64,000 nucleotides of DNA, taken from NCBI GenBank assembly GCA_023382455.1, contig JAHDVX010000012.1, positions 44,519 to 108,518 of the forward strand, in the 5' to 3' direction. Source of the DNA: Flavobacteriales bacterium. Lineage in GTDB: Bacteria; Bacteroidota; Bacteroidia; Flavobacteriales_F; PHOS-HE28. Position 1 is the first letter of the stretch, and every line of letters starts with the position of its first letter. The position numbers and the translations under genes are program-made. Below the pieces are notes generated by a model. It saw nothing but the letters and a program-made list of their open reading frames with translations. It did no database searches and was not told the DNA's origin. Positions 1 through 9,055 of the stretch are shown here, one piece after another.

Positions 1-3000
1 CGTGGCGATGGTGACGCTACCGCTGAGGACCAGGCTCGCGTTGTTGGCGCAGATGGTCTGGTCAGGGCCGGCGTCCGCCGTGGGCGCATCCGTGAAGGTG
101 ATCGTCATCTGGTCGCTGGACGCTGCGCACGCGCCGTTGCCGGTGGTGGTGAGCGTGAGCGTTACGCTGCCAGCCGCGATCTCAGCCGCCGTGGGCGTAT
201 ACACCGCGTTGGGGCTGGTGTTATTGGGGTTGTAGGTGCCCGCGCCGCCGCTCCACAGGATGCCCGTGGCAATGGTGTAGGAACCGGCCAGGGTGGTGGC
301 CGCGTTGTTCTGGCTCACCGATTGGTCGGGGCCGGCATTGGCCATGGGCGCCGGAGTGAAGGTCAGGGTGACGTTGTCGCTCACCGCTGCGCAGTTGTTG
401 TTGCCGGTGGTGGTGGCGGTCAGCGTCACCGAGTTGTTGGCGATCTCGATGGCCGAGGGCGTGTAGGTGATGTTCTGGGCGGTGCTGCCCGGGCTGTACA
501 GGCCGGTGCCGCCGCTCCACTGCACGCCGGTGGCCACGGTGATGGCCGCGTTCAGCACCGCGTTGGCGTTGTTGCCGCAGAGCGATTGGTCCGCGCCTGC
601 GTTCACCGTCGGCGCCGGCGTGATGGTGAAGGTCACCTGGTCGCTCACGGCGTTGCACAGGCCGTTGCCCGCGCTGGTGAGGGTGAGCGTCACGGTGCCC
701 GCGGCGATCTCCGCCGCGGTGGGCGTGTAGGTGGCGTTCAAGGTGATGCTGTTGGGGCTGAAGCTGCCGCTGCCGCCGCTCCACACGCCGCCGGTGGCGC
801 CGTTCACGGAGCCGTTCAGGCTGATGGCTGCATTGTTGGCGCACACCGTGCCGTCAGTACCCGCGTTCACGATGGGTGCGGGCGTGTAGGTGATGATGCG
901 CGTGTCGGTGGCGGGCGTGCAGGTGCCGTTGCCCGTGGTGGTCAAGGTGAGGGCCACCATGCCTGCGGCGATGTCGGCCGCGCTGGGCGTGTAGGTGGCG
1001 TTGAGCGTGTTGGCGTTGGGCGTGAAGATCCCCGAACCGCCGCTCCAGGTGCCGCCGGTGGCGATCATCACGCTGCCGTTCAGGGCCACGGCCGCGTTGT
1101 TGGCGCATACGGTCACGTCAGGCCCGGCATTGGCCGAGGGCGCATCGGTGAAGGCGAGCACCACCTGGTCGCTGGCCGCGTTGCACAGGCCGTTGCCCGT
1201 GGTGGTGAGCGTGAGTGTCACGTTTCCATTGGCGATCTCCGCCGCCGTGGGCGTGTACACCGCGCTCATGTTGTTGGCACCGGGGTTGTAGGTGCCGTTG
1301 CCGCCGCTCCACACGCCGCCCGTGGCCACGGTGAAGGCACCCGACAAGGTGACGTCGGGGTTGTTGGCGCACAGCGAACGGTCGGGGCCCGCATTGGCCG
1401 TGGGCGCCGGGGTGATGGTGAAGGACACCTGGTCGCTCACGGCGGAGCAGTTCCCATTGCCCACCGTGGTCAGCGTCAGGGTGACGCTGCCGGCGGTGCG
1501 TTCGGCCGCGCTGGGCGTGTACACCGCGTTCAGCGTGCCGCTGTTGGGGCTGTACGTGCCGGTACCGCCGCTCCAGATGCCGCCCGTGGCGCCATTTACC
1601 GTACCGTTGAGGGTGATGGCGGAGTTGTTCGCGCATACCGTGCCGTTCAGGCCGGCGTCCACGGTGGGGGCGGGCGTGAAGTTGATCACTTTGGTATCCC
1701 ATACCGCGAGGCAATTGCCATTGCCGGTACTGGTAAGCGTAAGGGTCAAGGTGTTCGCCGCCAACTCCGCCGCCGTGGGCGTGTAGGTGGCGTTCAGCGT
1801 GGTGTTGTTCGGGCTGAAGGAACCCGCGCCGCCGCTCCACACACCTCCGGTGGCACCGGAAACGGCACCGTTCAGCGCCACATTGGCGTTGTTCACGCAC
1901 AAGGTCACGTCAGCGCCCGCGTTCACCACCGGGGCGGGGGTGAAGTGCAGGGTCATTTGATCGCTGACCGCGAGGCAGTTGTTGTTGCCCGTGGTGGAGA
2001 GCGTGAGGGTGAGGTTGCCGCTGGCGATCTCCGCCGCCGTGGGCGTGTAGGTGGCCGTGGGGCTGGTGGCGCCGGGGCTGAAGGTGCCCGCGCCGCCGGT
2101 CCACACCACGCCGCTGGCCAGCGTGAAGCTGCCGTTGAGCGTGGCCGTCGGATTGTTGGCGCAGATGTTCTGGTCGGCACCGGCATTCACGGTGGGCGCC
2201 GGGGTGATGGTCCAGGTGATCTGGTCGCTTACGGCATTGCACAGGCCGTTGTTGGTGCTGGTCAGGGTGAGGGTCACCACGCCTGCGGCCTGTTCAGCCG
2301 CCGTGGGTGTGTAGGTGGCGTTCAATGTGTTGGCGTCGGGGCTGAAGGTGCCCGCGCCGGTCCAGGTGCCGCCGCCCGCGCCGGTCACGCTGCCGTTCAA
2401 GGGGATCGCCGGCAGGTTGGCGCACACGGTGCCGTTCGGTCCGGCATCCACCACCGGTGCCGGGGTGAAGGTGATCGTCTTTTGGTCGGTCACGGCCAGG
2501 CAGTTGCCGTTGCCCGTGGTCGTCAAGGTCAAGGTGAGGATGCCCGCGTTGATCTCGGCCGGGGTGGGCGCGTAGGTGGCGTTCAGGGCCGTGTTGTTCG
2601 GCGTGTAGGAGCCCAGGCCGCCGCTCCAGATGCCGCCGGAGGCCACGGCCACGCTGCCGCCCAAGGCCACGCTGGCATTGTTGGCGCACACGGTTGCGTC
2701 CGCACCGGCATTGGCCGTCGGGGCGCTGGTGAAGGTCAGGGTGACCTGGTCGCTCACCGCCACGCAGTTGTTGTTGCCGGTGGTGGTCAGGGTGAGCGTC
2801 ACGCTGCCGTTGGCCACTTCACTGGCCGTGGGCGTGTAGGTGGCGTTCACATTGTTCGCATCGGGGCTGAAGCTGCCCGCACCACCGCTCCACACGGCAC
2901 CGGTGGCCACGGTGAACGATCCCGCCAAGGTGGCCACGGGATTGTTGGAGCACAGGCTTTGGTCGGGGCCTGCATTCACCGTGGGCGCCGGGGTGATGGT

Positions 3001-6000
3001 CCAGGTCACGGGGTCGCTCACGGCATTGCAGCTGCCGTTTCCGGCACTGGTCAGTGTAAGGGTCACGGTGCCCGCCGTGCGCTCCGCGGCCGTGGGCGTG
3101 TACACCGCATTCAGCGTGAAGTTGTTCGGGCTGTAAGTGCCCGCCCCGCCGCTCCACACGCCGCCGGTGGCGCCGCTGACGCTGCCGTTGAGGTTCATGG
3201 CGGGCGCATTGGCGCACACCGTGCCGTCCGTGCCGGCATTCACCACCGGGGCCGGGGTGAAGGTGATCACTTTGCTGTCGGCCACGGCATTGCAGTTGCC
3301 GTTGCCGGTGGTGGTGAGGGTGAGCGTCAAGGTGCCGCCCGCCAGCTCCGCCGGGGTGGGCGTGTAGGTGGCGTTCAGCGTGGTGTTGTTCGGGGTAAAG
3401 GAACCCAGGCCGCCGCTCCATACGCCGCCGGTGGCCACGGTCACGCTGCCGTTCAGCGCCACGTTGGCGTTGTTCACGCACACGCTGGCGTCCGTGCCGG
3501 CATTCACCGTGGGGGCGGGCGTGAAGTTCAAGGTCACCTGGTCGGTCACCGCCATGCAGTTGTTGTTGCCGGTGGTGGTGAGGGTGAGCGTCACGCTGCC
3601 GTTGGCGATCTCGGCAGCCGTGGGCGTGTAGGTGGCCGTGGGGCTGGTGGCGTTGGGGCTGAAGGTGCCCGCGCCGCCGCTCCACACCACGCCGGTGGCC
3701 AGCGTGAAGCTGCCGTTGAGCGTGGCCGCCGCATTGTTCGAGCAGATGTTCTGGTCCGCGCCCGCATTCACGGTGGGCGCCGGGGTGATGGTGTAGGTCA
3801 CCTGGTCGCTTACCGCGTTGCACAGGCCGTTGCCGGTGCTGGTGAGGGTGAGGGTCACCGTGCCGGCCGCGCGCTCGGCGGCGCTGGGGGTATAGGTGGC
3901 ATTCAGCGTGTTGGCGTTCGGGCTGTAGGTGCCGGTGCCGCCGCTCCAGGTGCCGCCGCTGGCGCCGGTCACGCTGCCGCCCAGGCTGATGCCGGGCATG
4001 TTGGCGCATACCGTGCCGTTGGTGCCGGCATCCACCACGGGGGCCGGGGTGAAGGAGATCGCCACTTGGTCGGTGACCGCGTTGCAGTTGCCGTTGCCCG
4101 TGGTGGTGAGGGTGAGCGTAAGGATGCCCGCATTGATCTCGGCAGGCGTCGGGGCGTAGGTGGCGTTCAGGGCCGTGTTGTTCGGGGTGTACGATCCCGC
4201 GCCGCCGCTCCACACGCCGCCGGTGGCGATGGCCACGCTTCCGTTCAGGGATACGTTCGCGTTGTTGGCGCAGCGCGTCATGTCCGCACCGGCATTGGCC
4301 GTGGGCGCTGCCGTGAAGTGCAGGGTTACCTGGTCGCTCACGGCGTTGCACAGGCCGTTGCCCGTGGTGGTGAGGGTGAGTGTGACGAAACCGGCCGCCA
4401 CCTCCGCCGCGGTGGGCGTGTAGGTGGCGTTCATGCTGGTGTTGCCGGGGCTGTAGCTGCCCGCGCCGCCGCTCCACACGCCGCCGGTGGCCACGGTGTA
4501 GCTGCCGGCCAGGGTGGCCACGGCGTTGTTGGAGCAAATGTTCTGGTCGGGTCCGGCGTTCACCGTGGGGGCAGGCGTGATGGTCCACGTCACTTGGTCG
4601 CTTACGGCGTTGCAGGTGCCGTTGCCCGCGCTGGTGAGCGTGAGGGTCGCGGTACCTGCGGTGATCTCGGCTGCCGTGGGCGTGTACACCGCGTTGAGCG
4701 TGGTGTTGTTCGGGCTGTAGGAGCCCGCGCCGCCGCTCCAGATGCCGCCGGTGGCGCCCGTGATGGTGCCATTGAGGTTCATGGCGGGGGCGTTGGCGCA
4801 AACGGAGGCGTCCGCACCGGCATTCACCACCGGTGCCGGGGTGAAGGTGATGGTGCGGCTGCTGGAGGCGGGCAGGCAGGTGCCGTTGCCCGTGGTGGTC
4901 AGGGTCAAGGTCACCTGGCCCGCGGCGATCTCACCGGCCGTGGGCGTGTAGGTGGCGTTCAGGGTGGTGTTGTTCGGGCTGTAAGTGCCCAGGCCGCCGC
5001 TCCAGGCGCCGCCGGTGGCCACGGTCACGCTGCCGTTCAGGGCGATGTCGGCGTTGTTGGCGCATACCGAGCTGTTGGCCCCGGCATTGGCCGTTGGCGC
5101 CGCCGTGAAGGTCAGCAGTACTTGGTCGCTCACGGCACTGCACAGGCCGTTGCCGGTGGTGGTGAGGGTGAGGGTGGCGCTACCGCTGGCGATCTCGGCC
5201 GCACTGGGCGTGTAGCTGGCGTTCATGTTGGTGGTGCTGGGGTCGAAGCTGCCCGCGCCGCCGCTCCACACGCCGCCGGTGGCCACGGTGAAGCTGCCGT
5301 TGAGGGTCACCTCGGCGTTGTTGCCGCATACGGTGCGGTCCAGGCCGGCATTCACCGTGGGGGCGGGCGTGATGGTCCAGGTCACCTGGTCGCTCACGGC
5401 GTTGCAGGTGCCGTTGCCGGCGCTGGTGAGCGTGAGGGTCACGGTGCCCGCGGCGATCTCGGCGGCCGTGGGCGTGTACACGGCATTCAAGGTGGCGTTG
5501 TTCGGGCTGTAGCTGCCCGCGCCGCCGCTCCAGATGCCGCCGGTGGCACCGGTGACGCTGCCGTTGAGGTTCATGGCGGGCGCGTTGGCACATACGGAGG
5601 CGTTCACGCCCGCATCCACGATGGGCGCCGGCGTGAAGGTGATGGTGCGGCTGCTGCTCACGGGCGTGCAGTTGCCGTTGCCCGTGGAGGTGAGGATCAG
5701 GGTGACGCTTCCTGCGGCGATCTCACCGGCGGTGGGCGTGTAGGTTGCCGTCAAGGAGGTATTGCCCGGGGTGAAGGTGCCCAAACCGCCGCTCCAAATA
5801 CCGCCCGTGGCGCCGGCCACGTTGCCGTTCAGTGCGATGGCCGCATTGTTGGCGCACACCGAGCTATTGGCCCCGGCGTTCACCGAGGGTGCCGCCGTGT
5901 AGGCGATCACCACTTGGTCCACCACGGCGGCGCAGTTGCCGTTGCCGGTGGTGGTCAAGGTCAAGGTCACCGACCCGTTGGCGATCTCCGCGGCCGTGGG

Positions 6001-7470
6001 CGTGTAGGTGGCGGCCATGTTGGTGGTGCTGGGGTCGAAACTGCCCGCGCCACCGCTCCACACGCCGCCCGTGGCGATGGTGAAGCTGCCGTTGAGGTTG
6101 GCCACGGCGTTATTGGCGCACAGCGTCTGGTTGGCACCGGCATTGGCGGTGGGGGCGGGGGTGATCGTGTAGGTCACCTGGTCGCTCTCGGGGTTGCAGG
6201 TGCCGTTTCCGGTGGTGGTCAGGGTCAAGGTCACGCTTCCTGCGGCGATCTCCGCCGCGCTGGGGGTGTAGGTGGCGGTGAGGCTGTTGGCGTTGGGGCT
6301 GTAGGTGCCCGTGCCGCCGCTCCAAGTGCCGCCGGTGGCGCCGGTCACGCTGCCGTTCAGGCTGATGGCCGCCGCATTGGCGCACACCGTTCCGTTGGTG
6401 CCGGCATCCACGATGGGCGCAGGCGTGAAGGTGATGGTGCGGCTGCTGGTGGCGGGCAGGCAGTTGCCGTTTCCGGTGGTGGTCAGGGTGAGCGTTACCG
6501 AGCCGTTGCTGATCTCTGATGCGCTTGGCGTGTAGGTGGCGTTCAGCGTGGTGTTATTGGGGTTGTAGGTGCCGGTTCCGCCGCTCCAGATGCCGCCGGT
6601 GGCCACGGTCACACTGCCATTGAGGGCAATGGTCGCGTTGTTGGCGCATACTGAGCTGTTAGCGCCGGCATTGGCCGTGGGGGCAGCGGTGAAGTTGAGT
6701 AGCACCTGGTCGCTCACCACCACACAGTTGCCGTTTCCGGTGGTGGTCAGCGTCAAGGTCACACTGCCGTTGGCGATCTCGGTGGCCGTGGGCGTGTAGG
6801 TGGCGTGGAGGTTGGTGGTGCTGGGGTCGAAGGTGCCCGCGCCGCCGCTCCAGATGCCGCCGGTGGCCACGGTGATGGTGCCGTTGAGCGAGGCCACGGG
6901 GTTATTGGCGCACAGCGTTTGGTCAGGTCCGGCATTCACCGTGGGGGCCGGGGTGAAGGTCACGAGCAGGCTGTCCTTCACCGCGCTGCATACGCCGTTG
7001 CCGGTGCTGGTGAGGTAGATCCACATGGAACCCGCCGCCAGCTCCGCCGCCGTGGGCGTGTAGGTGGCATTCAGGTTGGAGTTGGAGGGCAGGAAGGGAT
7101 TGGCACCGCCGGTCCACACGCCACCCACGGCATTCAGCACGCTGCCTGCCAAGTTCACCGTGGGTGCGCTGGTGCACACCTGCTGGTCCGGCCCGGCGTT
7201 GGTGATGGGCTTGGGCTGCAGCGTAAGGATCATCTCATCGAACTCCGGCGTGCAGGGCCCGGTGGAGGTGAGACGCAGGGTGACGCCGCCCAGGGCGATG
7301 TCGCCGATGCTGGGCTCATAAGTGGCGTTGAGGGCCGTGGCACTGGGCTGGAATACGCCGCTGCCCGTGGTGGTCCAAATGCCGGTGGTGCTTCCGCCGG
7401 AGACCGTTCCGGTGAGCGATGCGGATTCCCCCGCACACAGGGTCTGGTCGGTACCTGCGCTCACATCGAT
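1..7470 (-). repeat. Intragenic tandem repeat array, 264-bp unit, ~28 copies
   Basis: The motif ggcgtgtaggtggc and its variants recur every ~264 bp (about 195, 459, 722, 986, 1250 ...). Confidence 0.9.
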
Positions 7471-8865
7471 CTTCCCGGAGAATTCCGAGAAGAAGCCGTA
7501 GCGGCAGCCCGATCCGGCCCCGCCGTTGATCACGCCCAGGGAGAACACGTCCGAGGTGTTGGTGATCACCAGGCCTTGGTTCACCGGAACTTCGGTGGTG
7601 TTGTATTGGATGTGTGCGGCCATCCATTCACCACCGGTGCCGGGTACGGTCACGAAGGCCGAACCGGGTATGGTGGCCGTGCCCGGACCGGTCACTACGA
7701 AGTCGTTCTCCGAGCCGCTTCGCACCAGCAGGTTCAGGAAGAAGCCCTCGTTGGTGGAGCGCGTGATTCCCACCTGCTGGCTGCCCGCGCAGTTCAGTGG
7801 TGGCAGGATGGCCATGCCCATCTCACAGCCGAAGCCGGTGACGTGTATGGCGTACACCGGCTTGGAAGCGCTCATGTAGGTGGCATTGTTCGTGGCGCCG
7901 CTCAGGTAGTCCATGTCGTGCCGGTAGTACTGGCCGGCAAAGAGCGTGGCCACCGGCGTGGGGTTCCCGTCGATGTAGATCTTGGTGTTGTTCTCAACGG
8001 CCATCAGGAACACGGATTCGTCACCCGTGGCATAGAGAGATCCTTTCACGGCGACATAGTCGGTACCCAGGATGTTCACCGGCACGATCTGGTCCATCAT
8101 CAGGTCGTAGCAGCCGCCGCTGGGGTTGTGGTCGCTGTCGTCCTTGATGGTGATGGCGATGGGCTTGTCCGCAAGCACGGCGGCACCCGAGGGGTGCTTG
8201 GTGGGGTCGGTGTAGGTGGCGTAGAGCGTGTTGGCACAGGAGTAGGTCTGGCCTCGGTTCAGGGTCACCACGAAGGGGACCAGGCCGGGATGGCCGTCCA
8301 CGTCCACCGGCGAATTGATGAGCACCGTGGTGTTGTCCTCCGTGGCCACGATGTCAAAGGAGGCGAAGGCCTTGTTCGCGTTGTTGCCGAAGTCGTGGTT
8401 GTGGAAGGGCGCGTGCTTGTGCAAGGGGATGTAGAACTCGGTGCCCAGGCCGTTGGCGCCTTTCAGGGCGACGATGTCCGGATTGTTCGTGTTGCTGCTC
8501 TCGTAGTAGCAGGTGATGTCCTCCGTGGAGGTGATGTGCAGGCCCGTGTTGCACACCGTGTTGGTCGGGCGGGTCTCCAACTGGGTCCGCAGGCTGGTCA
8601 TGTTATAGCGCACCGAGCTGTTGGCCGGCACGTTCAGCACGATGGGGCTTCCCCCGTTGAACCCCGGGTTCGCCGGCTGGGCAATGGTGACCACGGCCGC
8701 CGCGTTGCCCGCGGTCACGTTGAAGAAGATCGGTTCGTCGCCCGGGGTGTTGTGCAGACTGGTCACATCGGGGGGTGCCACCCAGAACTCGGTGCCGGTC
8801 TGGGCCAGCAACAGGTAGGGGAGGCATATGCTCAGAAGGACCTGGAGAAATCGCTTCTTGTTCAT
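1..8865 (-). CDS. Giant secreted repeat protein/adhesin (>2950 aa, 3' end outside window): signal peptide, IgGFc-binding-like N-terminal domain, ~28 x 88-aa Ig/PKD-like repeats
   Basis: ATG at 8865-8863 reads MNKKRFLQVLLSICLPYLLLAQTGTEFWVAPPDV... with later ALKGANGLGTEFYIP and YGFFSEF. No stop was seen in the segments translated down to position 1. Repeat consensus is PAPTVNAGxDQTVCANNxxVxLNGSVTxATGGVWSGGAGxFxPNxTxLNATYTPTAAEIAxGxVTLTLTTTGNGxCxAVSDQV. The 322..6519(+) ORF is its in-register antisense shadow. Confidence 0.9.
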   Translation of the reverse strand, partial: MNKKRFLQVLLSICLPYLLLAQTGTEFWVAPPDVTSLHNTPGDEPIFFNVTAGNAAAVVTIAQPANPGFNGGSPIVLNVPANSSVRYNMTSLRTQLETRPTNTVCNTGLHITSTEDITCYYESSNTNNPDIVALKGANGLGTEFYIPLHKHAPFHNHDFGNNANKAFASFDIVATEDNTTVLINSPVDVDGHPGLVPFVVTLNRGQTYSCANTLYATYTDPTKHPSGAAVLADKPIAITIKDDSDHNPSGGCYDLMMDQIVPVNILGTDYVAVKGSLYATGDESVFLMAVENNTKIYIDGNPTPVATLFAGQYYRHDMDYLSGATNNATYMSASKPVYAIHVTGFGCEMGMAILPPLNCAGSQQVGITRSTNEGFFLNLLVRSGSENDFVVTGPGTATIPGSAFVTVPGTGGEWMAAHIQYNTTEVPVNQGLVITNTSDVFSLGVINGGAGSGCRYGFFSEFSGKIDVSAGTDQTLCAGESASLTGTVSGGSTTGIWTTTGSGVFQPSATALNATYEPSIGDIALGGVTLRLTSTGPCTPEFDEMILTLQPKPITNAGPDQQVCTSAPTVNLAGSVLNAVGGVWTGGANPFLPSNSNLNATYTPTAAELAAGSMWIYLTSTGNGVCSAVKDSLLVTFTPAPTVNAGPDQTLCANNPVASLNGTITVATGGIWSGGAGTFDPSTTNLHATYTPTATEIANGSVTLTLTTTGNGNCVVVSDQVLLNFTAAPTANAGANSSVCANNATIALNGSVTVATGGIWSGGTGTYNPNNTTLNATYTPSASEISNGSVTLTLTTTGNGNCLPATSSRTITFTPAPIVDAGTNGTVCANAAAISLNGSVTGATGGTWSGGTGTYSPNANSLTATYTPSAAEIAAGSVTLTLTTTGNGTCNPESDQVTYTITPAPTANAGANQTLCANNAVANLNGSFTIATGGVWSGGAGSFDPSTTNMAATYTPTAAEIANGSVTLTLTTTGNGNCAAVVDQVVIAYTAAPSVNAGANSSVCANNAAIALNGNVAGATGGIWSGGLGTFTPGNTSLTATYTPTAGEIAAGSVTLILTSTGNGNCTPVSSSRTITFTPAPIVDAGVNASVCANAPAMNLNGSVTGATGGIWSGGAGSYSPNNATLNAVYTPTAAEIAAGTVTLTLTSAGNGTCNAVSDQVTWTITPAPTVNAGLDRTVCGNNAEVTLNGSFTVATGGVWSGGAGSFDPSTTNMNASYTPSAAEIASGSATLTLTTTGNGLCSAVSDQVLLTFTAAPTANAGANSSVCANNADIALNGSVTVATGGAWSGGLGTYSPNNTTLNATYTPTAGEIAAGQVTLTLTTTGNGTCLPASSSRTITFTPAPVVNAGADASVCANAPAMNLNGTITGATGGIWSGGAGSYSPNNTTLNAVYTPTAAEITAGTATLTLTSAGNGTCNAVSDQVTWTITPAPTVNAGPDQNICSNNAVATLAGSYTVATGGVWSGGAGSYSPGNTSMNATYTPTAAEVAAGFVTLTLTTTGNGLCNAVSDQVTLHFTAAPTANAGADMTRCANNANVSLNGSVAIATGGVWSGGAGSYTPNNTALNATYAPTPAEINAGILTLTLTTTGNGNCNAVTDQVAISFTPAPVVDAGTNGTVCANMPGISLGGSVTGASGGTWSGGTGTYSPNANTLNATYTPSAAERAAGTVTLTLTSTGNGLCNAVSDQVTYTITPAPTVNAGADQNICSNNAAATLNGSFTLATGVVWSGGAGTFSPNATSPTATYTPTAAEIANGSVTLTLTTTGNNNCMAVTDQVTLNFTPAPTVNAGTDASVCVNNANVALNGSVTVATGGVWSGGLGSFTPNNTTLNATYTPTPAELAGGTLTLTLTTTGNGNCNAVADSKVITFTPAPVVNAGTDGTVCANAPAMNLNGSVSGATGGVWSGGAGTYSPNNFTLNAVYTPTAAERTAGTVTLTLTSAGNGSCNAVSDPVTWTITPAPTVNAGPDQSLCSNNPVATLAGSFTVATGAVWSGGAGSFSPDANNVNATYTPTASEVANGSVTLTLTTTGNNNCVAVSDQVTLTFTSAPTANAGADATVCANNASVALGGSVAVASGGIWSGGLGSYTPNNTALNATYAPTPAEINAGILTLTLTTTGNGNCLAVTDQKTITFTPAPVVDAGPNGTVCANLPAIPLNGSVTGAGGGTWTGAGTFSPDANTLNATYTPTAAEQAAGVVTLTLTSTNNGLCNAVSDQITWTITPAPTVNAGADQNICANNPTATLNGSFTLASGVVWTGGAGTFSPGATSPTATYTPTAAEIASGNLTLTLSTTGNNNCLAVSDQMTLHFTPAPVVNAGADVTLCVNNANVALNGAVSGATGGVWSGGAGSFSPNNTTLNATYTPTAAELAANTLTLTLTSTGNGNCLAVWDTKVINFTPAPTVDAGLNGTVCANNSAITLNGTVNGATGGIWSGGTGTYSPNSGTLNAVYTPSAAERTAGSVTLTLTTVGNGNCSAVSDQVSFTITPAPTANAGPDRSLCANNPDVTLSGAFTVATGGVWSGGNGTYNPGANNMSAVYTPTAAEIANGNVTLTLTTTGNGLCNAASDQVVLAFTDAPSANAGPDVTVCANNAAVALNGSVMIATGGTWSGGSGIFTPNANTLNATYTPSAADIAAGMVALTLTTTGNGTCTPATDTRIITYTPAPIVNAGTDGTVCANNAAISLNGSVNGATGGVWSGGSGSFSPNSITLNATYTPTAAEIAAGTVTLTLTSAGNGLCNAVSDQVTFTITPAPTVNAGADQSLCGNNANAVLNAAITVATGVQWSGGTGLYSPGSTAQNITYTPSAIEIANNSVTLTATTTGNNNCAAVSDNVTLTFTPAPMANAGPDQSVSQNNAATTLAGSYTIATGILWSGGAGTYNPNNTSPNAVYTPTAAEIAAGSVTLTLTTTGNGACAASSDQMTITFTDAPTADAGPDQTICANNASLVLSGSVTIAT

Positions 8866-9026
8866 CTGGGTTGGATGGCTCTCGGGGTATGGCCCTTCTT
8901 TACGGTGGAACACGTGGGTCGGGTTTCATTCGTCGAACATTTCGGCATGTTGGGCGAATTGCCGGTTCGGCGGTGTGCAGGGTGTCAACCCGCTCCGGCC
9001 CGGTCCCGATGGCGCACGGGTTCATG

Positions 9027-9034
9027 TACCTTTG
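9027..9034 (+). promoter_or_regulatory. Bacteroidota housekeeping sigma -7 element (TACCTTTG)
   Basis: Matches the TAnnTTTG consensus about 20 bp upstream of ATG 9056. Confidence 0.6.
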
Positions 9035-9055
9035 ATCTTCCCTCAACCCGCCGGT

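Noticed and set aside
1..7470. Regular repeats as a possible CRISPR array or DGR
   Set aside because: The units are 264-bp, in-frame, protein-coding and degenerate, with no unique spacers, cas genes or reverse transcriptase.
8828..9055. Upstream extensions of ORF-track starts (8828, also 21568, 37564, 38649, 41894, 49028)
   Set aside because: They overlap neighbouring genes or promoters; downstream ATGs give proper signal peptides or family N-termini.
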